Assembly (NCBI GenBank): GCA_016792805.1
Contig: JAEUHX010000037.1
Span: 4,327-68,326, forward strand
Direction of reading: 5' to 3'
Length of the DNA: 64,000 nucleotides
From: Planctomycetota bacterium
GTDB lineage: Bacteria; Planctomycetota; UBA1135; JACQFD01
Part shown: positions 8,123-17,662 of the stretch, piece by piece
Layout of the letters: every line of letters starts with the position of its first letter
How positions within the stretch are numbered: position 1 is the first letter of the stretch
Notes under the pieces: model-generated
The model's input: the letters and a program-made list of their open reading frames with translations, nothing else
What the model was told of the DNA's origin: nothing
Database searches by the model: none
Made by a program: the position numbers and the translations under genes

Positions 8123-9559
8123 GTGCTGCAATACAACATCTCCCCGCGCAAGCTGCTTCTCGCGCTGTCGGAGGCGTTCATTCTTTTTATTGGATTCTCG
8201 ATCGGCGCCTCGATCCATGTGGCGCCGCCGGGGCTGGAAATCGATGCGTTCGTGGCAGCCCGGGGCGCCGCTGCCGCCGCCGCCGTCGTCTGTATTGTGA
8301 TCCTTGGCTTCCAGGATCTGTACGAATGGCGAATCTCGATGAATTCGCGCGAGCGCAATCAGCGGCTCGTCGCGGCCTTCGGCCTCTCCTTCGTGATACT
8401 TGCGGCGCTCTTCTTCTATGCCCAGGAAGCCCATCCGCTCATCGCCTTCGGCGTTCTCGGGGAAGACGTCCGAATGCGCATGTGGCGGTTTTTCTTGACC
8501 GTATTCTTGACATTCACAGTCCTGGCAGGCTGGCGAACGCTCTTCCATTCGCTGGTCTCCCGCTGGCAGCTCGCCGAGCGCGTGCTCGTCGTCGGCACAG
8601 GTGAGCTCGCCATGTCGCTCGCCCGTGAGATTGCCGATCACCGCGACGCCGGGTTTGAGATCGCGGGGATGGTGCCGGGCCCCAACGAGAAGCCTCGCCG
8701 GGCGCGTCGGCGCGACCCGCATGTGGAAGTGGTAAGCCGACCGATGGACGAACTCTACGACGTGGCGCGCGAGCGTGGCGTGCGCCGAGTCGTCGTCGCG
8801 CTCCAGGATCGCAGAAGTGCACTTCCCGTCGAAGCGCTGCTCAGGTGCCGCCTCGCAGGGCTCACGATCGAAGAGCGAGAAGTGATGTACGAGCGCGTCA
8901 CGGGCAAGATCGCCGTCGAAGCGATCCGCCCGAGCTATCTCATCTTCGGAGACGGATTTCACAAAACGCCCCTCACGATGGCGCTGAAACGGGTGCTCGA
9001 TATTCTTGCGAGCGCAACCGGGCTCATTCTGTCGCTGCCGATCACGATTCCGACCGCGATTCTGATCAAGCTCGACTCTCCGGGGCCACTCTTCTACCGG
9101 CAGCCGCGCGTCGGAAAAGATGGCCGCCATTTCGAAGTATTGAAGTTCCGCTCGATGCGCGCCGACGCGGAGAAAAACACGGGCCCCGTTTGGGCGCGCG
9201 CCGGCGACGACCGCGTGACTCGAGTAGGGCGCTTCATCCGCAAGACGCGCATCGATGAGATTCCGCAAATGTGGTGTGTGCTGCGCGGCGAGATGAGCTT
9301 CGTCGGTCCGCGGCCCGAGCGGCCGTTCTTTGTCGACGAGCTGGCGCGGGAGATCCCCTTCTTCCTCGAGCGGCAGACGGTGAAGCCGGGCATCACCGGC
9401 TGGGCACAAATCAATTATCCGTACGGATCGTCGAAAGCCGACGCTATCCAGAAGCTTCAATACGATCTGTTCTATATCAAGAACATGTCGGTGTTTTTCG
9501 ACCTGCTGGTGATTTTTCGAACCATCAAGGTCGTCGTGCTGCGCAAAGGCGCGGTGTAA
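8123..9559 (+). CDS. Polyprenyl-phosphate glycosylphosphotransferase (priming sugar transferase, TIGR03013-like)
   Basis: N-terminal TMs, VLVVGTG CoA-binding-like domain, KFRSM, RKTRIDEIPQ, MSFVGPRPERP and KPGITGWAQI. Start placed at GTG 8123. Confidence 0.9.
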   Translation: MLQYNISPRKLLLALSEAFILFIGFSIGASIHVAPPGLEIDAFVAARGAAAAAAVVCIVILGFQDLYEWRISMNSRERNQRLVAAFGLSFVILAALFFYAQEAHPLIAFGVLGEDVRMRMWRFFLTVFLTFTVLAGWRTLFHSLVSRWQLAERVLVVGTGELAMSLAREIADHRDAGFEIAGMVPGPNEKPRRARRRDPHVEVVSRPMDELYDVARERGVRRVVVALQDRRSALPVEALLRCRLAGLTIEEREVMYERVTGKIAVEAIRPSYLIFGDGFHKTPLTMALKRVLDILASATGLILSLPITIPTAILIKLDSPGPLFYRQPRVGKDGRHFEVLKFRSMRADAEKNTGPVWARAGDDRVTRVGRFIRKTRIDEIPQMWCVLRGEMSFVGPRPERPFFVDELAREIPFFLERQTVKPGITGWAQINYPYGSSKADAIQKLQYDLFYIKNMSVFFDLLVIFRTIKVVVLRKGAV

Positions 9560-9630
9560 CAAACGGCGGGTCCCTCTCGACGGCGCGGTGCGCCGATCGG
9601 AGGCATCCGCGCGCATGGTACAAGCCCGCC

Positions 9631-11274
9631 ATGTTCCGAGTTCTCGTGGCCGACTCGATCGAGTCGGAAGGCATCCAGCTCCTCTCCGCCGCCGGCTTCG
9701 AGCTCGACGTGCGAGCCGGCCTCGACGAGGCTCCGCTGTGCGAGGCGATCGCGGAAGCCGATGCGGTGCTCGTTCGAAGCCGAACGCGGGTGACGGCTAG
9801 AGCGATCGAAGCGGGGAAGCGCCTGCGCATCATCACGCGTGCGGGGATCGGCGTCGACAACGTTGACCTCGCAGCAGCCACGCGACGAGGAGTGGTCGTC
9901 ACCAATGTGCCCGACGCGACGACGACGACAACGGCGGAGCTGGCGGTGGCGCTCCTCATGGCTCTCGCCCGAAGGATCCCCCAGGCCGATCGAAATGTGC
10001 GATCCGGGAAGTATGAACGAACGAAGTTCACGGGCACCGAGATTTGTGGCAAGACGCTCGGCGTAATCGGCTTCGGGCGAATCGGCAGAATCGTGGCGGA
10101 TCGGGCCCTTGGCCTCAAGATGCGCGTCCTCGCCTATGATCCCTATCTCCCCTCGGACGGATCGCCGATGAGTGGTGTCTCGTTACAGACCCTCGAAGGG
10201 CTGCTGGCGGCCGCAGACTTCCTCACGATTCACACTCCCCTCACCGAGTCGACGCGCCATTTGCTGGACGGGACGCGCCTGGCGATGTGCAAACGCGGCG
10301 TGCGCATCGTGAATGCGGCACGCGGCGGAATTGTGGAGGAGCACGCCCTCGCCGAGGCCATCCGGTCGGGCCAAGTGGCGGGCGCGGCCCTCGACGTGAC
10401 GGAGGTGGAGCCGCTGCAGGCCGACTCGGAGCTGCGCGGTCTCGACGCCGTGATCCTGACTCCGCACCTCGGCGCGTCGACGGAGGAGGCGCAGCGCCGC
10501 GTCGCCCAGGACGCCGCCGCTCAAATTGTTGAGTTTGCGCGAACGGGCGCGGCGAAAAGTGCAGTGAACTTCGTCTCACTCCCCGAGGAGCTGCGCGAGG
10601 AGCTCGGACCCTATCTCGAGCTCGCGGAGAGGCTCGGCGCAACGGCCGGTGCCCTGGCGCCGGCGCCAATCCGCCGCGTGTCGCTACGCTTCCGGGGCGC
10701 GCGCTTCGAAGGCTCTACGGGCGACCGCGCAGCCGCGGCGCTGCGCGCATCGATCCTGGCGGGGTGCTTGCGCCCAGCCCTCCAGGACGCCGTCTCGCCG
10801 GTGAGCGCTCCGGCCGTGGCCCGCGAGCGCGGCATCGAAGTGTTGGAATCGCGCGAACCGCGCGATCGCGACTATATGGCTCGCGTTTCTGTTGAACTCA
10901 CTTTTACCGACGGCTCAAGCCTCGGCCTCGACGGAACCTGCTTCGGGCGAAAGCCGCGGCTCGTGGCCCTGGATGGGATTCCCCTCGACGCCTCGCTCGA
11001 AGGCGAACTCGTGGTGACGCGCCACAGCGACCGCCCCGGCATGGTCGGACGCATCGGCACGCTGCTCGGTGAGCGTGGGGTGAACTTGGATCGGGTGGAC
11101 GTCGGCTCTCCCTCCGATGGCGCGGCGGAGCGAACCGCCGCCGCTCCCGGCGAGACGGCGCCGCTCGCCGTCGGCGTCCTCGGTGTGAGCGGCTCAATCC
11201 CCGCCGGGCTCGTCGAAGCGATCCGCCGCGTCGATGGCGTTCGGTTTGTTGCAGCGGTTCGGCTGCCCCGGTAA
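9631..11274 (+). CDS. serA: D-3-phosphoglycerate dehydrogenase
   Basis: RAGIGVDNVD, GFGRIG, NAARGG, TPHLGAST and a C-terminal ACT domain (HSDRPGMVGRIG). Start at ATG 9631. Confidence 0.93.
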   Translation: MFRVLVADSIESEGIQLLSAAGFELDVRAGLDEAPLCEAIAEADAVLVRSRTRVTARAIEAGKRLRIITRAGIGVDNVDLAAATRRGVVVTNVPDATTTTTAELAVALLMALARRIPQADRNVRSGKYERTKFTGTEICGKTLGVIGFGRIGRIVADRALGLKMRVLAYDPYLPSDGSPMSGVSLQTLEGLLAAADFLTIHTPLTESTRHLLDGTRLAMCKRGVRIVNAARGGIVEEHALAEAIRSGQVAGAALDVTEVEPLQADSELRGLDAVILTPHLGASTEEAQRRVAQDAAAQIVEFARTGAAKSAVNFVSLPEELREELGPYLELAERLGATAGALAPAPIRRVSLRFRGARFEGSTGDRAAAALRASILAGCLRPALQDAVSPVSAPAVARERGIEVLESREPRDRDYMARVSVELTFTDGSSLGLDGTCFGRKPRLVALDGIPLDASLEGELVVTRHSDRPGMVGRIGTLLGERGVNLDRVDVGSPSDGAAERTAAAPGETAPLAVGVLGVSGSIPAGLVEAIRRVDGVRFVAAVRLPR

Positions 11275-11279
11275 TTTTT

Positions 11280-11954
11280 GTGGCATATCGATCGTTGAAG
11301 TTCGCTCGAGTCGTCTTCGATGCCGACTCGACGCTGTCCCGCATTGAGGGCATCGATGAGCTGGCGCGGCTCCGCGGCGTCGATGTCTCCGGGCTCACCG
11401 AGCGCGCCATGCGCGGTGAGATCCCGCTCGAGTCGGTCTTCGGCGCTCGCCTCATGCGCGTCCGCCCCGACGCCGCGATGCTCGCGAAGGTAGGAGCCCT
11501 TTATGTGCGCGGCGCCGTGCGCGGAGCGCGGTCGCTGCTCTCGGATCTCTCCCACGCGGGCGTCGAGCCGTGGATCGTCTCCGGAGGGCTGCGCCCCGCC
11601 CTTCTCCCGCTTGCGCGGGCAATGGGGATCCCCGGCCACCGGCTGATCGCCGTCGACGTGGAGCTCGACGGCCGCGGAAAATTTGTGGGATTCGACGAGA
11701 GTTCGCCGCTCACGCGGGCCGACGGCAAGCTCGAGATCCTGCGCGGGCTCCGCCCGCGCGGAGGAAAATTGGCATTCGTCGGCGACGGCGCGACCGACCT
11801 TGCGGCGAAGCCTGCAGTCGATCTGTTTATTGCATTCACGGGCGTGGCAGCGCGGCCGGCTGTGATCGCGGGCGCCCACCGCGTCGCTTCGACCTACTCC
11901 GAGCTCCGGCCCTTGCTCCTCGGATCCAACCGTTCCGTTCACAAAACCCAATGA
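11280..11954 (+). CDS. serB: Phosphoserine phosphatase (HAD-IB)
   Basis: FDADSTL motif I, IEGIDELA, LTERAMRGE, VSGG and GDGATD; lies between serA and an aminotransferase. Confidence 0.85.
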   Translation: MAYRSLKFARVVFDADSTLSRIEGIDELARLRGVDVSGLTERAMRGEIPLESVFGARLMRVRPDAAMLAKVGALYVRGAVRGARSLLSDLSHAGVEPWIVSGGLRPALLPLARAMGIPGHRLIAVDVELDGRGKFVGFDESSPLTRADGKLEILRGLRPRGGKLAFVGDGATDLAAKPAVDLFIAFTGVAARPAVIAGAHRVASTYSELRPLLLGSNRSVHKTQ

Positions 11955-13030
11955 GCACTCAACCTCGCCTCTGGATTCCCGGCCCGACCCATGTGCGCCC
12001 GGAGATTCTGCAAGCCTGCGCGCGGCCGACGATCGGCCATCGCGGCTCCGCGATGAAGTCTCTCGTAGCTTCGATCGACCAGCGCTTGAAGCCGCTTTTC
12101 GGCACGAAGCAGCATGTGTTGGTTCTCACGGCGTCGGGAAGCGCGGCTTGGGAGGCCGCGATCCGTTGCGGAGTCCAGGAGCGCTGGGCCGCCGTCACCC
12201 ATGGCGCCTTCAGCGAGCGATGGGCTGCGACGGGCAAGGAGTGCGGTAAGCAGACCTCCGTGCTGGCCCTCGAATGGGGTCGCGGCCTCGACCCCGCCGC
12301 CGTTGGTCGATTTGTGAAAGCTGCCGGCCCCGTGGAGGCGGTGGCCTTCGTCGAGAATGAGACCTCGACGGGCGCCTATTCGGACGTGGGCGCGATCGCC
12401 CGCGCCGTTCGCGAGGCGGCCCCGCAGGCGCTGATTTTTGTGGATTGCGTCAGCACGCTCGCCGGAGCTCCTTTTCAGTTCGACGAATGGGGAATCGATC
12501 TCGCGCTCGCTTCCTCACAAAAGTGCCTCGCACTCCCCCCCGGGCTCGCGGTCGTGGCGCTCTCGCAGCGATTCCTCGATCGGGCGCGGAGTGTCACAGG
12601 CCGGGGATATTATTTGGATCTCGTCCGCGCGCAGGAAGATTGGTCGAAGCAGCAGACGCCCGCAACGCCCGCCGTGAATTTGTTCTATGCACTCGACGAG
12701 CAACTGCAGGCATTCGAGCGGGAGACCCTCGCGGCCCGCTTCGCCCGTCATCGGACCATGGCCGAGATGGTTCACCGCTGGTCGCTCGAGCGCGGCTTTC
12801 CGAGCTTCGTTGCTGAGGAACATCGCTCGCCGACGACGGCTTGCCGCAGCGCGGGCAAACTCGACACCGCCACATTCGTGAAGGGGCTCAAGGCGCGCGG
12901 CCATGAGATCTCCGACGGCTACGGCAAGCTCAAGGGGCAGACGTTCCGCATCGGGCATCTCGGCGACCACAAGCCGGAAGATCTGGCGGAACTGCTCCGC
13001 GCCGCCGACGAGACGCTCCGCGCTCTTTAG
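11951..13030 (+). CDS. Class V PLP aminotransferase (alanine-glyoxylate/serine-pyruvate type), probable SerC substitute
   Basis: IPGPT, NETSTG, VDCVS, SSQKCLALPPG (PLP lysine) and FRIGHLG; ATGA overlap with serB. Confidence 0.88.
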   Translation: MSTQPRLWIPGPTHVRPEILQACARPTIGHRGSAMKSLVASIDQRLKPLFGTKQHVLVLTASGSAAWEAAIRCGVQERWAAVTHGAFSERWAATGKECGKQTSVLALEWGRGLDPAAVGRFVKAAGPVEAVAFVENETSTGAYSDVGAIARAVREAAPQALIFVDCVSTLAGAPFQFDEWGIDLALASSQKCLALPPGLAVVALSQRFLDRARSVTGRGYYLDLVRAQEDWSKQQTPATPAVNLFYALDEQLQAFERETLAARFARHRTMAEMVHRWSLERGFPSFVAEEHRSPTTACRSAGKLDTATFVKGLKARGHEISDGYGKLKGQTFRIGHLGDHKPEDLAELLRAADETLRAL

Positions 13031-13087
13031 CGGCGCCCTTCGTCCGGCCGATGGGACGACACCCCTTTTTCGGTTGGGTTGTCGCCC

Positions 13088-14854
13088 ATGCGCATGCACA
13101 CGCGTTCCTCGGTCTGGACCCTCGGCCTTCTCGCCGCTCCGCTCTTCACAGGCCTTGCCTGGGCCATCGGGTCGGAGCTTCTCGACGCTGAGTCGATTTG
13201 TGAGCGCCTTCCTGGCGGAGGCGAGCTCGCGGTCGAGCCCAACGGCGCGTCGATCGAGCTCTCCTTCTCCGACGATGGCAATTATGCGGTCTTCACCAGC
13301 TCCGCGAGCAATCTCATCGTGGGAGATACCAATGGCGTCGCCGACGTCTTCCTTCTCGAGATGGAGACGGGAGGCATCACGCGGGTAAGCGTTGCGACGG
13401 GCGGCGGCGAATCGAACGGTGCAAGCGGCGCACCCTCGGTCTCCTCCGACGGACGATATATTGCATTTCAGTCGATCGCAACCAATCTCGTCGCGGGCGC
13501 CGGAGACGCCCCGGCGGCGGCCGACGTCTATCTGTACGACCGTCTCACCGCAGAGACGACGCTCGTGAGCGGTGACTCACTTGGCCAGCGAACGGGCGCC
13601 AACCACAATATGCTCTATGGGCGCGCGCTCGGACCCGACGGCGGAATGGTGGTCTTCATGGCGGCCGACCCCGACCTCGACCCTACCGGCGGCGGCATGA
13701 ACCATCTGTATGGACGTATTCTCTCCGAGGGCGCACTGATCCGCATCAGCGGCCCCACCTTCGAGACCCCGGGCAACGCCGAGTCTCACGGCGGCCAGAT
13801 TTCTCCAGATAGCAGCTATGTCGCCTTCAGCTCGCTCGCGACCAACCTCACGGAGTCGCCGACGGGAGGGAAATGGAATGCATTCGTAGTCGGCGAGTCG
13901 TCGCCGATGCAGCAGGTGAGCATTTCCGCGGCCGGCGGCGCGCCGAACGGCGACTCCCGCAGCACGAGCGTCTCCAATCAAGGACGCTACGTCGCGTTCG
14001 AGAGCACGGCGAGCAATCTCATCGCGAAGGATAAGAATCATCTCAAAGATGTCTTCCTTCGAGACATGCTGACGAGCACGACCGAGCGCGTCGTCAGGGC
14101 GCTCAAGAATGCAGAGCCGAACGGCGAGTCATGGGGCGCGCTCGTGAGCGCCGACGGTCGATTTGTGACCTACACGAGCCTCGCGAGCAACCTCGTTCCC
14201 TTCGATCGAAACGGTGCGGCCGATGTGTTTCTCTACGATCGTCTGACTCAGATCACAACAAGAGTGAGCCGTGCGCCCGCAATGACCGAGCCGAACGGCG
14301 GCTCCTACGCCTCCGATTACCTCGACATCGCCCAAGGCGTCGGATTCTCCAGCACCGCGACGAACATCGTCTCTGAAGATATCAATAATGTGGAGGACGT
14401 CTTCGTTCGCAGGCTCTGGGCTTCCATCGAGCTCGTGATGCGCAAGGGCACGATTGCCTTCTCGGCGCAGCCCAACCAAGACCGGTGCACGATCGCGGGC
14501 GACTTCCGCTTCAGCGGCTTCTCCGGCGACTCCGTATTTGTTCACGAGTCCGAGAATGCGCGCGTGATCTTTGGTTGCGAAGCACAGTTCTACGAGATCT
14601 CGATCGAGGCGGGCGATCCGGGCTGGAAGACGCTGCCGAATGGAACGATTCGATGGAAGAGCCCTGCGGGCACGACGCCGGTCGTCACCCTCACGCTCAA
14701 TCCAGGGAAACGCCAATTCTCCCTCGCGGCCTCCAAGCTCGAGCTCGGGGAGGGGTGGACGAGCCCAATCTCGATGGCGCTCGAGCTCGGCGACGACCTC
14801 GGAATGGACGGCGCAGCCTGGACGGAGAAGCCTACCGGCTTTGTGTTGAGATAG
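13088..14854 (+). CDS. Secreted TolB-like beta-propeller repeat protein with C-terminal beta domain
   Basis: Signal peptide and repeated S(A/S)DGRYVAFxSxAxNL..GDTNG..DVFL units. Confidence 0.8.
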   Translation: MRMHTRSSVWTLGLLAAPLFTGLAWAIGSELLDAESICERLPGGGELAVEPNGASIELSFSDDGNYAVFTSSASNLIVGDTNGVADVFLLEMETGGITRVSVATGGGESNGASGAPSVSSDGRYIAFQSIATNLVAGAGDAPAAADVYLYDRLTAETTLVSGDSLGQRTGANHNMLYGRALGPDGGMVVFMAADPDLDPTGGGMNHLYGRILSEGALIRISGPTFETPGNAESHGGQISPDSSYVAFSSLATNLTESPTGGKWNAFVVGESSPMQQVSISAAGGAPNGDSRSTSVSNQGRYVAFESTASNLIAKDKNHLKDVFLRDMLTSTTERVVRALKNAEPNGESWGALVSADGRFVTYTSLASNLVPFDRNGAADVFLYDRLTQITTRVSRAPAMTEPNGGSYASDYLDIAQGVGFSSTATNIVSEDINNVEDVFVRRLWASIELVMRKGTIAFSAQPNQDRCTIAGDFRFSGFSGDSVFVHESENARVIFGCEAQFYEISIEAGDPGWKTLPNGTIRWKSPAGTTPVVTLTLNPGKRQFSLAASKLELGEGWTSPISMALELGDDLGMDGAAWTEKPTGFVLR

Positions 14855-15162
14855 TTACAGAATCTTCACCGGACGGGTCGAGTGCGCCGCTGCGCAGATG
14901 CGCCAGGCGCGGGGAAGTGAACCGATGGTGCCCCCGTTGGGGCGCTCTGCGGGCGGCCGCCGACGGCGGCTCGGACGGATTTTGTTACGGTTTCTCAATT
15001 GGGGCCGAGGCAAGAAAGCATGCTTCGCGCCCCAAGCAACCGCTTCACTGGCGCCCTCCTCGGCTCCGGCGCGGCTGCGAGGGGGTGACGGGGCCCCAAT
15101 TGGTGGTTTGTCCGCGGGAAACTCCGCAGCCGCAGAGTTCCCCCGCGCCCGCGGATAGTTCG

Positions 15163-15987
15163 TTACCGAAGATCTGGGAGCGCCTCGACGACGTCAATCG
15201 CGGCATCGTGGCAGGCGTCGAGCGCCCATGCCGGCGTGTAGCCGCGGCGACGCAGGAATAGGCGCAGGCCGGCGAAGCGCGGATCGGTGCGGCGCGCGGC
15301 CGCAGGAAGCGCCAGGTCGAGGGAGAGCACATCGCCGATAAAGGCGTCGGGGGTCTCCTCGCTCAGGATCTTCCAGAAGCTCGGTCTCCGCAGCGCAATG
15401 GGGCGCGCGCCAAAGGACGCTCGCGCCGGAAGCTCCGCGGGCTCTTCGCCGAGGCGAAATTTGAGGGCATTCCCGCGGACGCGCAGTCCGCGCTGTCCCG
15501 GCTCAAAGCCCGCGCTGCGCAGGATTGCCTCAATGCGGTCGGTCGAACTGTTGGAAACAATCACAACTTCATGGCCGTCCGAAAGCCACTGCGCCACGCG
15601 CGCCAGCGCCGCCTCCTCGGCATGGCTCGCGTGGGCGGCGCGATAGCGGCGCGTACCCTCCTCGAAGCAGTGGATCGAGAGATCGCTGTACTTCACAAAT
15701 CCGCTGTCCCGCAGACGCGCCAGCACCGCAGCCGGCCCGCGCTCATAGAGCGCCGCGACGACGCCATTATTATAAATGTACGGATCTTCGTCGGCATAGG
15801 CGGAGATCACCGTTCGCCCCGAATCGGACACCATCCAGCCGTGACGATCGGGCGCCGCACTCACCTCCGCGCGCAGCGCCGAGAGAAGCGCGCGGTCGCC
15901 GAGAAGCTCGTCGAGGTAGGACGCACACGAGGCAGCCTCCCCTTCGGGAGTTGTGAAAACGCCGTCGAAATCGCTGAGAATCTTCAT
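15163..15987 (-). CDS. HAD-superfamily hydrolase
   Basis: ILSDFDGVF (DxD), VIVSNS and FIGDVLSLD motifs; starts 1 bp after the MFS stop. Confidence 0.7.
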   Translation of the reverse strand: MKILSDFDGVFTTPEGEAASCASYLDELLGDRALLSALRAEVSAAPDRHGWMVSDSGRTVISAYADEDPYIYNNGVVAALYERGPAAVLARLRDSGFVKYSDLSIHCFEEGTRRYRAAHASHAEEAALARVAQWLSDGHEVVIVSNSSTDRIEAILRSAGFEPGQRGLRVRGNALKFRLGEEPAELPARASFGARPIALRRPSFWKILSEETPDAFIGDVLSLDLALPAAARRTDPRFAGLRLFLRRRGYTPAWALDACHDAAIDVVEALPDLR

Positions 15988-15988
15988 A

Positions 15989-17389
15989 TTAGTGAGCAGC
16001 CTTCTTGCCGCGCGGCACGGCCTTCCAGATGCGCACCAGCAGTACGAGCCCGATCACCGCGAACGGCAGCAGGAACAGCGGCCAATAGCTCCACCCGAGG
16101 TCCTTCGACGAGGTGATGCGCCCGAGAGCGAGCGATTGCACTCCAGTGCCGAGGTAGACGAATCCGTCGATGACGCCGACGGCCGTGGCCGTCCCCTTCC
16201 GCCCGCCGAAGTCCATGGTGGCCGTTCCGGAGAGGAGCCCATGGATGCCGATCACGGCGAGAATATTGAGGAAGCTCAGTCCGCACAAAAGCCACGAATC
16301 GGTGAGCGCGAAGCACATGGCGCCGACGCAGACGAGCAGAAGCCCGTAGAGCAGCCCCGCGGCCGGCGCGCGCCGCGACTGAAAGAACATGTCGCTCACC
16401 CAGCCGGCCGCATTGGCACCGATGATGCCGGCGACGAATTGGATGAGTCCCCACCAATCGCGCGTGAACTGCCAGCCCGTGCCGGCCGCAGCGGCGCCGA
16501 GTTCCTTCGCCTGCTCGCCGGCATAGATGAAGTACCAGTGCATGATCCCCTGGCGCAGCACGCCGGTGCAGAATTCGATCAACGCCACCGTGAGAATCAC
16601 GGGATGGGTCAGCACCCTGAGCAGGAGCTGGACAGTGGAAAAGTGGTCCTGATCGGGGCTCAGGATGGCCTCACCCGTGTCGATGTCGGAATGTCCGGCC
16701 TCCGACGGATGGTCCCTTAGAAAGAAGAATTCAAACAGAAGGATCGCCGAGAGCGCTGCAGCCGGAACAAAGAACACGATCCAAGTCGGCACGGGGCCGG
16801 ATGCCGCTTCGCCGCTGCCCTTGAGCAAGTTCAGAAACCAGCGGTTCCCCTCGAAAGCAAAGAATATCCCAGAGGAGATCATGACGCCGAAGATGCCCGA
16901 GAAGCCGCCGCGTTCGCGCACGTGGAACCAGCTGGAATTGACTTTCACAATCGCCACGGCGCCGAAGCTCTGAAAGTACATGTTGATTCCGTACAGAACG
17001 GAAAGCAGCATCTTCACGCTTTCGGCCGTAGCGCCGCCGCCAAGCACGGCACCGCGCAGATAGAGCCCGATGCCGAGATTCGCACCGGCGGCGCCGAGCA
17101 CCGAGATGAGCATGGCTTTGCGGCCGCCGATTCGGTCGGTTAGCGGCCCGTTCAGTACAAATGCGAAGCCATAAATGAACGTCCCGATCGCGAATACGTC
17201 GCCGAAGGCCTCCTTCGTGAGCAAGCTCCCGAGGTCGCCCTGCGCAACGGTCAGGTTGTAGCGCCCCATGTAGAGGAGCGCATAGGCGAGCCCGAGCGGG
17301 AACCAATTCAGGAAACGCCGCAGCCGGTAGGCGCGCGGGTGCACGACCTTGCCGTCGACGAGCGGCTGCCGGGGCGTGCGGGAATCCAT
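15989..17389 (-). CDS. MFS transporter, organophosphate (GlpT/UhpT-like) type
   Basis: Multiple TMs, [27 protein letters not shown] and [15 protein letters not shown]. Start at ATG 17389. Confidence 0.85.
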   Translation of the reverse strand: MDSRTPRQPLVDGKVVHPRAYRLRRFLNWFPLGLAYALLYMGRYNLTVAQGDLGSLLTKEAFGDVFAIGTFIYGFAFVLNGPLTDRIGGRKAMLISVLGAAGANLGIGLYLRGAVLGGGATAESVKMLLSVLYGINMYFQSFGAVAIVKVNSSWFHVRERGGFSGIFGVMISSGIFFAFEGNRWFLNLLKGSGEAASGPVPTWIVFFVPAAALSAILLFEFFFLRDHPSEAGHSDIDTGEAILSPDQDHFSTVQLLLRVLTHPVILTVALIEFCTGVLRQGIMHWYFIYAGEQAKELGAAAAGTGWQFTRDWWGLIQFVAGIIGANAAGWVSDMFFQSRRAPAAGLLYGLLLVCVGAMCFALTDSWLLCGLSFLNILAVIGIHGLLSGTATMDFGGRKGTATAVGVIDGFVYLGTGVQSLALGRITSSKDLGWSYWPLFLLPFAVIGLVLLVRIWKAVPRGKKAAH

Positions 17390-17662
17390 GGGGCGGCGGA
17401 TGGTACGCGCGAGCGCTCCCCACGAGAACGGCATGAAAGCGCCGCAAATCGACTCGCTTGCGGCGCACGCCCGCGCTGCGGGCGCCCTCGCCGAGCGCAG
17501 GCCGAAATGCCGTCCTTGCAGTCGCGCCTCCGAGGCCCGATCCATGTGGGCATCGAACGCGTTCCGCGAGCTCTGACCCTCGGCCTCCTGATCGGCGCAT
17601 GTGCTCCGACGAAAGGTGCATGGGCGCCGGGCCCCCAAGGCACGCTCGAGCGCACCTCCCCA

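Noticed and set aside
8060-9616. 518-aa minus-strand ORF
   Set aside because: Antisense shadow of the well-supported sugar transferase; no motifs.
14855-15160. Possible further inverted-repeat element between the propeller and HAD genes
   Set aside because: Only short IRs (AATTGGGGCC / GGCCCCAATT) were seen, and it could not be aligned convincingly to the 160-bp family.
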